DNA of 64,000 bases from Candidatus Atelocyanobacterium thalassae (GTDB lineage: Bacteria > Cyanobacteriota > Cyanobacteriia > Cyanobacteriales > Microcystaceae): contig JBFPLN010000003.1 of assembly GCA_051971635.1 (NCBI GenBank), positions 416,001-480,000 on the forward strand. Reading direction: 5' to 3'. A model generated the notes under the pieces. It ran no database searches. It saw nothing but the letters and a program-made list of their open reading frames with translations, and was not told the DNA's origin. Both the position numbers and the translations under genes were made by a program. Below, piece by piece: positions 1 through 11,252 of the stretch (position 1 is the first letter of the stretch; each line of letters starts with the position of its first letter).

Positions 1-103
1 TAATTAACAAAGTTCTTACTAGGATATGTTATTCTCCTAATATTGATTCTTCAAAGGTATTATAAAAGCTGACTAATTTTCAAGATATCAGATTTCATTT
101 CTT

Positions 104-985
104 TCAAACTCTATTTATTAGATCATCTTTTAAAAGCCAAAATCCACTAAAAAACTCTACATTAGGATTTGGCTGGATAGCAAGAAAGTGAATTCCCTGT
201 GCTTTTCTTTTCTTTTCTTCAAAGATTTGAGCTTTTTGAATGAGTTGATTATCACTCTGATTAGTTAAGATTGATCTATCATTTAATCCTATTTCTAGAT
301 AAAGAATCCAGTTATTTTCTTCATCAAACCTTAACGAAACTAACTCAAAGCCAGATAACCAAGCTGCTACTGGAAGAGCTCTTGGAGAAAAGAAGACTAA
401 GCCAGGAATTGTAGCTTGTAAAGATAAGTTATATGGCGAAATTTTATAATTTTCTCCAAAACTAATATTCCATTCATGTATATGCTTAAAATCGGAAACT
501 TTTAAATCAACAAATGAATATTTATTAAATTGATTATCTTTTAAAGCATCAGGTAAAGATACTATATTAGAATCTGCATTAGTTATATTTATTGTAGAGA
601 CTTTATTTTTATTTTGATTCTTTATGAATTGAAATTTCTTTTCTCGTTTATTTATCCAGTCATTAAGAATAAACGTTCTACGACTTGGAGCAGCCTCAAT
701 ATCTGCATCTTTACACGCTTTTATGATCATATTTTGCATTTGATGACGAAAGAAACGAATTAAATCTGGGCTTTCTCCAGCTTTTTTTATCGCCTTTTCA
801 ATAGCCTGACGTAACCAAATAGAATTAACCGTGTTTGAAGGGCACAGTTGAGAAAACTTAAAACAACTATTAAATGACTTGTCAGAATGTATAGGAGTTT
901 TACAGATCAAAACTTCCCATATTTTTTTGTTATCTTTCAAAAAATTTGGACGTGAATAAAAATCTAATTCCCATATCTTCTTCAT
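104..985 (-). CDS. Tab2/Atab2 family RNA-binding protein (DUF1092)
   Basis: N-terminal IWELDFYSRP...KKIWEVLIC, VNSIWLR, IPGLVFFSPRALPVAAWLSG and the C-terminal GIHFLAIQ...FSGFWLL are the family signature. Confidence 0.9.
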   Translation of the reverse strand: MKKIWELDFYSRPNFLKDNKKIWEVLICKTPIHSDKSFNSCFKFSQLCPSNTVNSIWLRQAIEKAIKKAGESPDLIRFFRHQMQNMIIKACKDADIEAAPSRRTFILNDWINKREKKFQFIKNQNKNKVSTINITNADSNIVSLPDALKDNQFNKYSFVDLKVSDFKHIHEWNISFGENYKISPYNLSLQATIPGLVFFSPRALPVAAWLSGFELVSLRFDEENNWILYLEIGLNDRSILTNQSDNQLIQKAQIFEEKKRKAQGIHFLAIQPNPNVEFFSGFWLLKDDLINRV

Positions 986-1002
986 AATTACCTTTTAAGT
1001 TT

Positions 1003-1971
1003 TTAATTAATAACTTCGCGTACTCTATAAATTGGACGTTTTTGTGACTCATGATAAGTACGCATTACTAATTCTGCCAACAGACCAAAGCTTAATAGTT
1101 GCACTCCGGCTAAAATTAATAATACAGATAAGATTAATAGAGGACGTATTCCAATATTTTGTCCTAAAACTTTGATAATTGTTAGATAGACACTGCTAGA
1201 TAGACCAAGGGTCATTAGAGTTAGACCTAGAGAACCAAAAATATGCATTGGACGAGTTAAAAATTTCTTTATAAAAAGAATAGTAAGTAAGTCCATGATA
1301 ACGGGGAATGTTCTTCCCAGTCCATATTTACTCACACCAAAACGGCGAGGATTATGATTCACAGCCAGTTCTGCTATCCTAGCTCCTTCTATATAAGCTA
1401 AAGCAGGTATGAAACGATGTAATTCTCCATATAAATTCATATCTGCTACCAGTTCTGAACGATACGCTTTTAACGAGCAACCGTAGTCATGAAGGCTTAC
1501 GCCTGTTAATTTAGCAATAATTATATTGGCAATTTTTGAGGGGAGAAGACGAGTAAAAGTATTGTCTTGACGATTGTTACGCCAACCACTAACTAAATCA
1601 TAACCTTCATTTAGCTTAGCAATAAGACGAGGAATGTCTGCTGGATCATTTTGCAGGTCTCCATCTAAGCTAACAATAATATTACCTTCAGCATTCTTAA
1701 AGCCTGCTGCCATAGCAGGTGTCTGACCATAGTTACGACGTAAAATAATAGCGATTAAATCTTGCCTTTCTTTAGCCATTTGTCTTAAGATATCTGTGGA
1801 GCCGTCTTCAGAACCATCGTCAACACAAATAATTTCATATGAATATTTATTAATTAGAGAATTAGAGATATTATTTATCAAAGTCTCTAATGTATCTTTT
1901 TCATTAAAAATTGGGATAACTACAGATACAGTTATAGAATTTTGGTATGAGTTCAATATTATAGGTTCCAT
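1003..1971 (-). CDS. GT2 polyprenol-phosphate glycosyltransferase (GtrB/ArnC/DPM1-like)
   Basis: VSVVIPIFNE, VDDGSEDGS, RRNYGQTPAM, LDGDLQNDP motifs; two C-terminal TM helices. Confidence 0.9.
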   Translation of the reverse strand: MEPIILNSYQNSITVSVVIPIFNEKDTLETLINNISNSLINKYSYEIICVDDGSEDGSTDILRQMAKERQDLIAIILRRNYGQTPAMAAGFKNAEGNIIVSLDGDLQNDPADIPRLIAKLNEGYDLVSGWRNNRQDNTFTRLLPSKIANIIIAKLTGVSLHDYGCSLKAYRSELVADMNLYGELHRFIPALAYIEGARIAELAVNHNPRRFGVSKYGLGRTFPVIMDLLTILFIKKFLTRPMHIFGSLGLTLMTLGLSSSVYLTIIKVLGQNIGIRPLLILSVLLILAGVQLLSFGLLAELVMRTYHESQKRPIYRVREVIN

Positions 1972-1995
1972 TTTTATACATTAGTATCTTTTATC

Positions 1996-2967
1996 TTACT
2001 CGTAACTAATTTTTGAGTGAGATAAATATGCCATTCGCTTAACTTCTAATCGACCACGAGCTACAGAATCGAGGATTAAACCACAGGTAAAACTAAGAAA
2101 AGCAAGTAACATAATAGCAACACTTAGAATAGCTGTTGGCAGTCTAGGGACTAAACCCGTACTTAGATAAGTTGTAATTAGGGGAAATCCAATCATAATT
2201 GATAATGCCCCTAAAATAGAAGAAATAAGGCTGAAAAATAGAAAAGGTTTTACTTCTTTAAAAAGTAATACAGCTGTCCCGAGGACTCTCCATCCATCAG
2301 TGAGCGTTTTTAATTTGCTCTCTGAACCAGGAGGCCTAGATCCATAAACAGTATATTCTTCAGCAAAAGGAATTTTCAACTCTAGCGTATGAATTGTAAG
2401 TTCGGTTTCAATTTCAAAACCAGATGAAAAAGCTGGAAATGATTTAACAAATCTGCGAGAAAATATGCGATATCCTGAAAGCATATCTTTAAGTTTTGCA
2501 CCAAATAGAAATTCAACAACTCCAGTAAGAAAAATATTTCCACTACGATGTCCTAGTCTATAGGCCTGTTTGTTGGTGATTTTAGAACGACGAGCTCCAA
2601 CAACCATGTCAAGTTTTTCAGAAATTAATTTTGATACAAGAAATGATATTGCTTCTACCTCATATGTATTATCTCCATCCACCAAAATATATAAATCTGC
2701 ATCAATATCAGCAAACATTCTTCGAACAACATTACCTTTACCTGGCTGAGGTTCATATCGAACTATAGCACCAGCTTTCCTAGCTTCAATAACAGTATCG
2801 TCGGTAGAAAGATTATCGTAAACATAAATCTTAGCGTCTGGTAGTTCTTTACGAAATTGGTTTACTACACTACCAATTGTTAAGCTCTCATCTTTACAAG
2901 GAATCAACACTGCTAAACGATTACAGGAATGAGTAGTGTTTGTAAATAAAGGTTGATGCTTTGACAT
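1996..2967 (-). CDS. GT2 glycosyltransferase (DPM1-like) with two C-terminal TM helices
   Basis: AVLIPCKDE, YDNLSTDDT, GKGNVVRRMF, VDGDNTY, DMLSGYR, GFEIETE. Confidence 0.88.
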   Translation of the reverse strand: MSKHQPLFTNTTHSCNRLAVLIPCKDESLTIGSVVNQFRKELPDAKIYVYDNLSTDDTVIEARKAGAIVRYEPQPGKGNVVRRMFADIDADLYILVDGDNTYEVEAISFLVSKLISEKLDMVVGARRSKITNKQAYRLGHRSGNIFLTGVVEFLFGAKLKDMLSGYRIFSRRFVKSFPAFSSGFEIETELTIHTLELKIPFAEEYTVYGSRPPGSESKLKTLTDGWRVLGTAVLLFKEVKPFLFFSLISSILGALSIMIGFPLITTYLSTGLVPRLPTAILSVAIMLLAFLSFTCGLILDSVARGRLEVKRMAYLSHSKISYE

Positions 2968-3214
2968 GTGTTATATGTATATTTAAATATTATTTAAGTG
3001 ACTTTTGTCATTATTCAAAGTTCCATTACACTATAGTGGCTAAATCTTGAAATAGCTTTTTCAACCATAATTAAAATTTTAAAAATATGGGTTTCTTTTT
3101 TACATATTCAATTATATTGATATATTTAAATTCTGAAAAACATTCTTCATTAAACTATATTTAGAAAACTTCTATATAGCTTCTTTTTAACAAATTGCTT
3201 GATTTATATCTTTC

Positions 3215-3859
3215 TTAATTGATTTTTAATTTTTTACTAATTTGTTTAAAAATATCACGGCGAAGATAAGGATATTGACCGACCCATAAATCATGTCGAG
3301 GTAGATAAACATCTGTTACCCTAGTAATACGACTTAAGTTTGATACTTTGGAGATAACTAACATTTCCGCAGATTCACCAGGTTTAACAACTTGTAAAAG
3401 ACGATCAGCAGGCATCGTTACTATTGCTGTAAAACCTCTTTTATCTCCTACCTCAATATTAATCAATCGCTTCTTGTTTTCAATGACAAGCAATTCTCCA
3501 AATTTATTAACAGTTTGTTCCTCTCTGATAAGTTTCTCAGTAATAAAAACATCTAATACTTTTCCACTCCAGAAACCACAATATGGATAAATACGATAAT
3601 TTCTATTCTTAATACTAGCCCATAAGATAGGTGCCCATAGCCAATAAGATCCAGAAATAATATAAAAAAGGAATTTTATATTTAACCATCTTGAGCCAGA
3701 TAAAGTTCCTAATATCCAGGTTACTATCAGTATAGTTAAAGAAATAAATAATCGTTGTAATAAATCACGCCATTTACCCCAATAAAACGAATACTGGGTT
3801 CCAGTAGCAACAAGAGGAATTAGCTGCTCAAAAGCTTCACGAGTTAAAGGAACTAACAT
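3215..3859 (-). CDS. conserved cyanobacterial membrane protein of unknown function
   Basis: MLVPLTREAFEQLIPLVATG start typical of a cyanobacterial family; two hydrophobic segments; 214 aa. Confidence 0.7.
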   Translation of the reverse strand: MLVPLTREAFEQLIPLVATGTQYSFYWGKWRDLLQRLFISLTILIVTWILGTLSGSRWLNIKFLFYIISGSYWLWAPILWASIKNRNYRIYPYCGFWSGKVLDVFITEKLIREEQTVNKFGELLVIENKKRLINIEVGDKRGFTAIVTMPADRLLQVVKPGESAEMLVISKVSNLSRITRVTDVYLPRHDLWVGQYPYLRRDIFKQISKKLKIN

Positions 3860-4083
3860 AAATCAGTATTGATGATTATTTTGAATTTATTTTCAACATT
3901 GATATTTAAGATCACTATATTAAATATTTCAGAAATTTTATATATACAAAAATTAGTTTACATAAGTTTATTAACAATTAAACTATCTATGTACAGATCA
4001 AAAGCTATTTGTGTATAAATATCAATCTAACTTTAACAAATATTTAAATAATAATAATTCTATATAAAAATAAAACTAAGTAA

Positions 4084-4905
4084 TTATTTATTACCTAAAG
4101 GATATAAATGATTACTTAGCTCTATCCATTGATTTATACTAAGATTTTCTGCTCTTACTTTAAGATTAAGATTTGTTTTTTCTAAAAATTCAATTAAATA
4201 TTTGGTATTTATTGTGTTTTTCAAATTATTGTGTAGCATTTTACGACGATTAGAAAACCCTAAGTTAATTAGACTTTCTAAATGTGATGGATTTAAAGCA
4301 GAATTTAAAACGCGAGGTTGAAGAGTAATAACAGCCGAATCTACTTTTGGAACAGGATAAAATGCTTTACAAGAAACATCACATATATAACTACAATTAG
4401 CTAAATATTGTATCTTTGCTGATAATGATCCATATGCTTTATTACCAGGTAAAGCAGTAATTCTTTTTGCAACTTCTTTTTGAACTAATAAAACAATTAT
4501 TTCATAAAGAGAATGGTTAGGATTAGAAATACTACCTAGCAATTTTTCTAAGATAGGACTAGTAATATTGTAAGGTATATTAGCAACTACTTTATTTATA
4601 GGCCAGAAATGATTATATTTGCTAACTTCTTTAGATAAATCTGTTTTAAGAATATCTTTTTGTAACAGTAATAAACTTTCACGATGATAGAATTTTTTTT
4701 CTAATTGTTTATATAAATCCCAATCTACTTCAATTGCAGTAACGGAAAAAGCTTCAGATAATAGGCGACGTGTTAAAATACCCGTTCCTGGACCAATCTC
4801 TAAGACTTTATCAGTACTACTAAGACGAGCAGATTTCATGATTTTACTTAAGACTGCATTATCTTTTAGCCAATGTTGTCCAAATCGTTTACGAGGATAA
4901 ATCAT
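4084..4905 (-). CDS. rsmA: 16S rRNA m6(2)A1518/1519 dimethyltransferase
   Basis: PRKRFGQHWL, VLEIGPGTG, VANIPYNIT, PKVDSAV; start moved to the ATG at 4905 (the ORF track extends to 4977). Confidence 0.96.
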   Translation of the reverse strand: MIYPRKRFGQHWLKDNAVLSKIMKSARLSSTDKVLEIGPGTGILTRRLLSEAFSVTAIEVDWDLYKQLEKKFYHRESLLLLQKDILKTDLSKEVSKYNHFWPINKVVANIPYNITSPILEKLLGSISNPNHSLYEIIVLLVQKEVAKRITALPGNKAYGSLSAKIQYLANCSYICDVSCKAFYPVPKVDSAVITLQPRVLNSALNPSHLESLINLGFSNRRKMLHNNLKNTINTKYLIEFLEKTNLNLKVRAENLSINQWIELSNHLYPLGNK

Positions 4906-5756
4906 TACAAGCTTATGTAAATTTACTAAATGATAAAATATGGAACTAAATCTTATAAGATATACTGTGCATATCAATTAACACGTTAGCTAAAATTTTT
5001 CTTTATTAGATTATTAATAACTGAATAGTAGGTATTCGAGATATTAATCTTAAACAAGTTCTATTATTAAAGTCATTTTCCGGTATGGAGTAATAGTACT
5101 CCTTCTTAATAATGAGATGCTCATTTGTGAAGTATATTAAAAGTTTTACTTAATACAAAACAATTCATGGTACTGATGATTAAATTAATTAATATTACAG
5201 AGAAATCAAAGCTTTTATTGGAGTTGACTTTAGCAAAAATTTTATCCAATACTTTCATGTCTTCTTTATGACAATAATTATAAATAAATAATTTATAGTT
5301 ATTTTTTTATACTTGGTTTATAATCATTCTACATATCTTTAAAATTGGGAAAAATATTAGTTATTTATATGAACAACTAATATTTTATACTAATAATTTT
5401 ATCAATATATTTGAATTATTTATTATATTAACTATATAACATTTTGTTTAATACTGTATTAGTCTGCTTTCTTATTTAAAACTAGTGGAACAACTTTTTA
5501 AAGTCTTGCGTCCTGTCCAGTGCTGTTCATACTATGAATTGTAGTATGAACTTAATTTTCATTACCTCTGTAATGGTTGAATAATATGATACTTTAGAGA
5601 TAATTTTTATAGGGTTTGTACATAAAAATTTTCAATTAGAAATTAGTACTTTTTATAAATTAATTTAGAATTTGTCGCTGTTTAAAAGAGATTTTTTAAA
5701 AAGTTTTGAAATAGAGATTTGTTTGTTTAAAAGCACCAAATAGTGAGGAATAAATT

Positions 5757-6905
5757 ATGCAAAATAAGAATATGTTAATGATTCCAGGTCCGACTCCTGT
5801 ACCTGAAAGTGTTCTTTTGGCGATGGCTCAGCATCCTATTGGACATCGTGGTCAAGACTTTAATCAAATTATTAGTGAAATTTCTCAAAATTTAAGATGG
5901 CTTCATCAGACCGAGGAAGAGGTACTCATGCTAACCGTAAGTGGTACAGGAGCTATGGAGGCGGCAATTATTAACTTTCTCAGTTCTGATGACTCTGTTT
6001 TAATTGGTAATAATGGAAAATTTGGACAACGTTGGGTAGATATTGCACGTGCTTTTGGATTAAAAGTTGATGAAATAACCGCTGAGTGGGGTAAGCCCTT
6101 AAATCCCGAAATATTCAAAGATAAACTTGTTAGCGATAAAAATAAAAAAATTAAAGCTGTTATTGTTACTCACTCTGAAACTTCTACAGGAGTCCTTAAT
6201 GACTTAGAAACTATTAATAAATACGTTAAAAATCATGAAAAAGCTCTAATTATAGTTGATGCCGTTACAAGCTTAGGAACCATCAATCTTCCTATTGACG
6301 AATGGGGGTTAGACGTTGTAGCTTCTGGATCACAAAAAGGATACATGATTCCTCCAGGATTAGGCTTCGTATCCATAAGTCAAAAAGCATGGAAGGCTTA
6401 TCAAAATTCTAATTTACCTAAGTTTTATTTAGATCTTGGAGCATATAAAAAGACAATTAATCAAAATTCTTTTCCTTTCACTCCTCCAGTAAATTTAATT
6501 TATGGATTACAAATTGCTTTAAGAATTATGAAAACAGAAGGATTAACTCAAATGTTCACCCGACATGAAAAATTAGCTCGAGCAACTCGAGCTGGAATTA
6601 AGGCGTTAGGGCTAGAACTGTTAGCTGCTGATGAATCAGCAAGTTATGCAATAACAACTGTTTCTTCCTCTAAAGTTGACATAACAAATATCTGTTACAT
6701 AATGAAAGAAAAATTTAATATAATCCTAGCAGCAGGACAAGATCATATGAAAGGTAAAATTTTTCGTATAGGTCATTTAGGTTTTATTTGTGAGAGAGAT
6801 ATATTAACTACACTTTCATGCTTAGAAACGACTTTACAGCTTTTAGGTGATACTAGCGTAATTCCAGGAAAGGCTGTATCCGAAGCTTTAAAGTTTTTAC
6901 CATAA
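5757..6905 (+). CDS. class V PLP aminotransferase (alanine-glyoxylate/serine-pyruvate family; historical 'soluble hydrogenase 42 kDa subunit')
   Basis: LMIPGPTPVP, SGTGAMEA, HSETSTG, DAVTSLG, SGSQKG (PLP Lys), FRIGHLG. Confidence 0.93.
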   Translation: MQNKNMLMIPGPTPVPESVLLAMAQHPIGHRGQDFNQIISEISQNLRWLHQTEEEVLMLTVSGTGAMEAAIINFLSSDDSVLIGNNGKFGQRWVDIARAFGLKVDEITAEWGKPLNPEIFKDKLVSDKNKKIKAVIVTHSETSTGVLNDLETINKYVKNHEKALIIVDAVTSLGTINLPIDEWGLDVVASGSQKGYMIPPGLGFVSISQKAWKAYQNSNLPKFYLDLGAYKKTINQNSFPFTPPVNLIYGLQIALRIMKTEGLTQMFTRHEKLARATRAGIKALGLELLAADESASYAITTVSSSKVDITNICYIMKEKFNIILAAGQDHMKGKIFRIGHLGFICERDILTTLSCLETTLQLLGDTSVIPGKAVSEALKFLP

Positions 6906-7007
6906 CTTATATTATTATTTTCTTTTAAAGAAGAGTTGTTAAGTCAATTAATAAAGAAAAAACTTATTAGTTAATAGACCTATAATTGAAATTATTAATA
7001 ACTACAA

Positions 7008-7043
7008 AACCAAACTTATTTTTTATTAAAAGTGAGTTTGGTT
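7008..7043 (+). terminator. hairpin downstream of the aminotransferase, probable terminator
   Basis: aaccaaacttattttt / aaaagtgagtttggtt arms with two G-U pairs on the + strand. Confidence 0.5.
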
Positions 7044-7368
7044 ATCATTATTATTAGATTTTTATAATAAAAAGTAATATAGTATGAAATTAAATTTATA
7101 TACAGTTAAAATTGATTAATTTCAATCTTGACTAAATTTTAGAAAACTATTTACAAAATAGTTTTCTCTTATTATTTTCTTAGAAAAAGTGACTGAAATA
7201 AATATTTTATAAATGATGCAAATATAATTTAACTTGATAGAAAACAATTTCAATGTTTTATTAGCTTTGCGAATTTACAATATTAAAATTTTGCTATGAG
7301 ATATTAACAAGTTGGTAAAAACAACTACTTATTTAATAAACTACTAACCTTATATAACCTTGAAGATT

Positions 7369-8418
7369 ATGAACTTTGGAAAAATTGTCGATAAGCTAAA
7401 CTTTTTGAGTAATGAAAATAGTTTAACGAGTAATGAAAATTACGATCTTGAAATTACAGGAGTATCATCCATTACTGAAGCAAAAACAGGACACTTAAGT
7501 TATGTAGAAGGTCCGAAATTTGCTTCCATGATTAGTAAAACTTCTGCAAGTGCTCTAATTCTTCCACCTGATAAACAATTACAAGAAGAAGCTACAAAAA
7601 GAGGGATAGCATGGCTCGCAACATCTGAAACACGTTTAGCTTTCGCTCATGCTATTAAATTATTCTACCAGCCGTTTCGTCCAGCTCCAAGTATAGACTC
7701 TACTGCAGTAATTCATTCTTCAGCTAAGATTGGAAAAGATGTTTTTATAGGTCCTCATACTATTATTCAACAAGATGTTGTTGTTGGGGATGAAGCTTGT
7801 ATTCAAGGAAATGTAGTAATTTACCCTGAGGTCTCTATTGGAAACAATACGTTACTCCATGCTAATTGTACTATTCATGAACGGACTAAAATTGGAAGTA
7901 ACTGTGTTATTCATAGCGGTGCTGTTATTGGAGCTGAAGGCTTTGGATTTGTTCCTATAGCTGAAGGTTGGTTTAAAATGGAACAATCTGGTTATGTTAA
8001 TTTAGGAAATAATGTAGAAATTGGCTGTAATAGTGCAATAGATCGTCCTGCTGTTGGGACAACTCATGTTGGAGATAATACTAAAATAGACAATTTAGTT
8101 CATATAGCTCACAACTGCAACATTGGAGAAAGTTGTGCTTTTGCAGCACAAGTAGGATTAGCAGGAGGCGTGAAAATAGGAAAAAGAGTAATTCTTGCAG
8201 GACAGGTAGGAGTAGCAAACCAAGTTAGTATTGGTGATGGAGCAATTGCAACTGCACAAACTGGTATTCCTAGTAATATTAACTCAGGAGAAGTTGTATC
8301 TAGTAGCCCAGCAATAGATAATAAGTTATATTTAAAAATATGTGCTATCTATAAACGTCTTCCTGAAATGTATAAAACTTTAAAAAGTATTCAGAAAAAG
8401 ATAGATAATTTAGAATAG
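7369..8418 (+). CDS. lpxD: UDP-3-O-(3-hydroxyacyl)glucosamine N-acyltransferase
   Basis: hexapeptide repeats, IGAEGFGF, TKIDNLVHIAHN; ATG at 7369 preferred over TTG at 7360. Confidence 0.96.
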   Translation: MNFGKIVDKLNFLSNENSLTSNENYDLEITGVSSITEAKTGHLSYVEGPKFASMISKTSASALILPPDKQLQEEATKRGIAWLATSETRLAFAHAIKLFYQPFRPAPSIDSTAVIHSSAKIGKDVFIGPHTIIQQDVVVGDEACIQGNVVIYPEVSIGNNTLLHANCTIHERTKIGSNCVIHSGAVIGAEGFGFVPIAEGWFKMEQSGYVNLGNNVEIGCNSAIDRPAVGTTHVGDNTKIDNLVHIAHNCNIGESCAFAAQVGLAGGVKIGKRVILAGQVGVANQVSIGDGAIATAQTGIPSNINSGEVVSSSPAIDNKLYLKICAIYKRLPEMYKTLKSIQKKIDNLE

Positions 8419-8482
8419 TATTTTTTGATATTATTCTCCAGCATAGATTAGTTACTATGTATAGTAAGTAGTAAGTAATGAG

Positions 8483-8504
8483 AAAGATACATTTTTGTAT
8501 CTTT
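8483..8504 (+). terminator. short hairpin after lpxD
   Basis: aaagataca-tttt-tgtatcttt perfect 9-bp stem. Confidence 0.4.
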
Positions 8505-8810
8505 ACCCTTAACTGATTTATCCAGAATTTTGTAAATATTATTATTAAATAATATTGTAAAGTTTAGTATCAATTAAAAAAGGTTAATTAAATTATTTTT
8601 TTTAATTGTTATAAATATTTTTGATATATAAATCAAACTTATTTTTGATGCTTTATTCTCAATTACTATGAAAAATTATTTTCTTTATTTAAAAATTAAG
8701 GACTAGACATAGTTTTTAAAAAATGTTTTTCAAGTATTAAGTTTAATGTTTCAGAATTATTGATACAATAAAGTTCCTAAGTATTTAATTATCAAATTAA
8801 CTTTCTTATA

Positions 8811-10295
8811 ATGATTAGATCTTCTTCTGAAAAGAAATATGAAGCTGTTATTGGTTTAGAAACTCATTGTCAGCTGAATACTACTAGCAAAATTTTTTGT
8901 AGTTGTTCCACTGACTTTAGTAGTTCTCCAAATACAAATATTTGTCCAATTTGTTTAGGATATCCTGGAGTATTACCTGTACTCAACCAAAAAGTTTTAT
9001 CTTCAGCTGTTAAACTAGGTCTTGCCCTAAAAGCTAAGATTGCTAGTTATAGTAAGTTTGATAGAAAGCAATACTTTTATCCTGATTTACCTAAAAATTA
9101 CCAAATTTCTCAGTACGATCTTCCTATTGTTGAAGGAGGCACTTTAGAAATTGAATTGGTAAATAAAACTAATCAAGAAGTTATCCATAAAAATATTGGG
9201 ATCACAAGATTACATATGGAAGAAGATGCAGGAAAATTAATTCATTCTGGAAGTAATCAGTTAACCGGTTCTAGCTATTCTTTGATTGATTTCAATCGCG
9301 CGGGAATACCTCTATTAGAAATTGTTTCTGAACCAGATCTAAGAACTGGTCAAGAGGCAGCAGAATACGCCCAGGAATTACGTCGCTTAGTACGTTATCT
9401 GGGAATTAGCGATGGTAATATGCAAGAAGGCTCTTTACGTTGTGATGTGAATATTTCTATTCGCCCTTTAGGACAAACAGAATTTGGTACGAAAGTAGAA
9501 ATTAAAAATATGAACTCTTTTAGTGCAATTCAGAAAGCTATAGAGTATGAAATTAATAGACAGACCGATATGTTGGACAATAATAAAACTATCTCTCAAG
9601 AAACACGTTTATGGAATGAAGCTTCGCAGGAAACGATAAGCATGAGGAAAAAAGAAGGTTCTAGCGATTATCGTTATTTTCCTGAGCCTGATCTTCCTCC
9701 AATTGAGATTTTAAGCAATCAACTGGAGATCTGGAATAAAGAGCTTCCTGAACTTCCTGCATCTAAGCGTCAGCGTTATAAAGGTATATTTGGATTATCT
9801 TCTTATGATGCACGTATTTTAAGTGATGACCGGGATATCGCTGAATATTTTGAAGAGACTGTATCTAATGGTACAGATGCTAAGTTAGTAGCTAATTGGA
9901 TAACTCAGGAGATTGCAGCGTATCTTAATAACGAAAAATTAACTATAATTGAAATTGCTCTAAGACCGAAACACCTTGAAGAATTAGTTCTATTAATTGA
10001 GAAAAAAACTATTAGCGGAAAAATTGCTAAAGAAATTCTTCCCACTCTCTTAAAAGAAGGAGGATCACCTCAAGATATTATTGATAAGCAAGGGTTAACG
10101 CAAATTTCTGACCAAGAAATAATAACAAAGATTATTGATGAAGTTATAAAAGCTAATCCTACAGAAGTAGGTAAATATAAGGCAGGAAAAAAGAAATTAA
10201 AAGGCTTTTTTGTAGGGCAGGTTATGAAAAAAAGTGAAGGAAGAGCAGATCCTAAGTTAACTAATCAATTAGTGGAAAAACAATTAAATGGATAA
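8811..10295 (+). CDS. gatB: Asp/Glu-tRNA amidotransferase subunit B
   Basis: YEAVIGLETHCQL, FDRKQYFYPDLPK, HMEEDAGK, SLRCDVNIS, DYRYFPEPDLPP. Confidence 0.98.
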   Translation: MIRSSSEKKYEAVIGLETHCQLNTTSKIFCSCSTDFSSSPNTNICPICLGYPGVLPVLNQKVLSSAVKLGLALKAKIASYSKFDRKQYFYPDLPKNYQISQYDLPIVEGGTLEIELVNKTNQEVIHKNIGITRLHMEEDAGKLIHSGSNQLTGSSYSLIDFNRAGIPLLEIVSEPDLRTGQEAAEYAQELRRLVRYLGISDGNMQEGSLRCDVNISIRPLGQTEFGTKVEIKNMNSFSAIQKAIEYEINRQTDMLDNNKTISQETRLWNEASQETISMRKKEGSSDYRYFPEPDLPPIEILSNQLEIWNKELPELPASKRQRYKGIFGLSSYDARILSDDRDIAEYFEETVSNGTDAKLVANWITQEIAAYLNNEKLTIIEIALRPKHLEELVLLIEKKTISGKIAKEILPTLLKEGGSPQDIIDKQGLTQISDQEIITKIIDEVIKANPTEVGKYKAGKKKLKGFFVGQVMKKSEGRADPKLTNQLVEKQLNG

Positions 10296-10409
10296 GAAAA
10301 TCAAGAAGTACTTATATATTTTGTAAAAGTAACATATATAAAACTATCTAAAGTTATCCTAGTAATTTCTTTTACTGTTACTTAAACTATATGAATACTA
10401 TCACTTACT

Positions 10410-11204
10410 TTATCCAAATTTTCCACTTATATAATGTTTAGTTGATTCCATTGTGGGATCGCTAAATACTATATTAGTCTTATTATATTCAACCAATCGA
10501 CCAGTTCTCTTACCTTTATCTGTTATTTCTAGGTTGTAGAATGCAGTTAGGTCGGATATTCTTGAAGCTTGATGCATATTATGGGTAACTATGACAATAG
10601 TATGCTCTTCCTTTAAGCCATTAATTAACTCTTCTATTTTTAAGGTAGAAATAGGATCTAAAGCTGCACATGGTTCATCCATTAAAATAACATCAGGTTT
10701 TATAGCTATAACGCGTGCTATACATAGTCTTTGTTGCTGACCCCCTGATAAAATTAGTCCACTTCTATGAAGTTTGTCTTTAGTTTCATCCCAGACAGCT
10801 GCTTTCCTGAGAGAATTTTCTACAAGTTCATCCATATCACCTTTAAATCCATTAATCCTTGCGCCAAAAGCGATGTTTTCATAAATGGATTTTGGAAAAG
10901 GGTTAGGTCTTTGAAATACCATGCCAATCCTAGAACGTAAGTCAACAGGATCAAGACTTTGAGAATAAATATCTTTACCGTAATATGTAATCTTGCCAGA
11001 AACTTTAGCATTGGGGATTAAGTCGTTCATGCGATTAAAACATCGTAAGACAGTACTTTTTCCACATCCAGAAGGTCCAATAAAAGCTACAATATTACCC
11101 TTAGGAATAACCAGATCAACCCCTCGAACCACTAAATTAGAGCCATAGAAGACATTAAGATTTTCTGTTTTTAAAATAGGTTCTATCTTAGTATTATTTT
11201 TCAT
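10410..11204 (-). CDS. pstB: phosphate ABC transporter ATPase (copy 2)
   Basis: [43 protein letters not shown]. Confidence 0.96.
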   Translation of the reverse strand: MKNNTKIEPILKTENLNVFYGSNLVVRGVDLVIPKGNIVAFIGPSGCGKSTVLRCFNRMNDLIPNAKVSGKITYYGKDIYSQSLDPVDLRSRIGMVFQRPNPFPKSIYENIAFGARINGFKGDMDELVENSLRKAAVWDETKDKLHRSGLILSGGQQQRLCIARVIAIKPDVILMDEPCAALDPISTLKIEELINGLKEEHTIVIVTHNMHQASRISDLTAFYNLEITDKGKRTGRLVEYNKTNIVFSDPTMESTKHYISGKFG

Positions 11205-11252
11205 ATTTATATCTTAAACTTTATCTAGCCAATGACAATAATTTGATTAAAA

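Noticed and set aside
4906..4977. N-terminal extension of RsmA in the ORF track
   Set aside because: It uses a non-ATG start and the conserved sequence begins at MIYPRKRFGQH (ATG 4905)
5120..5260. 45-codon minus-strand ORF (MKVLDKIFAKV...) upstream of rsmA
   Set aside because: No recognisable motif, and the length is compatible with chance
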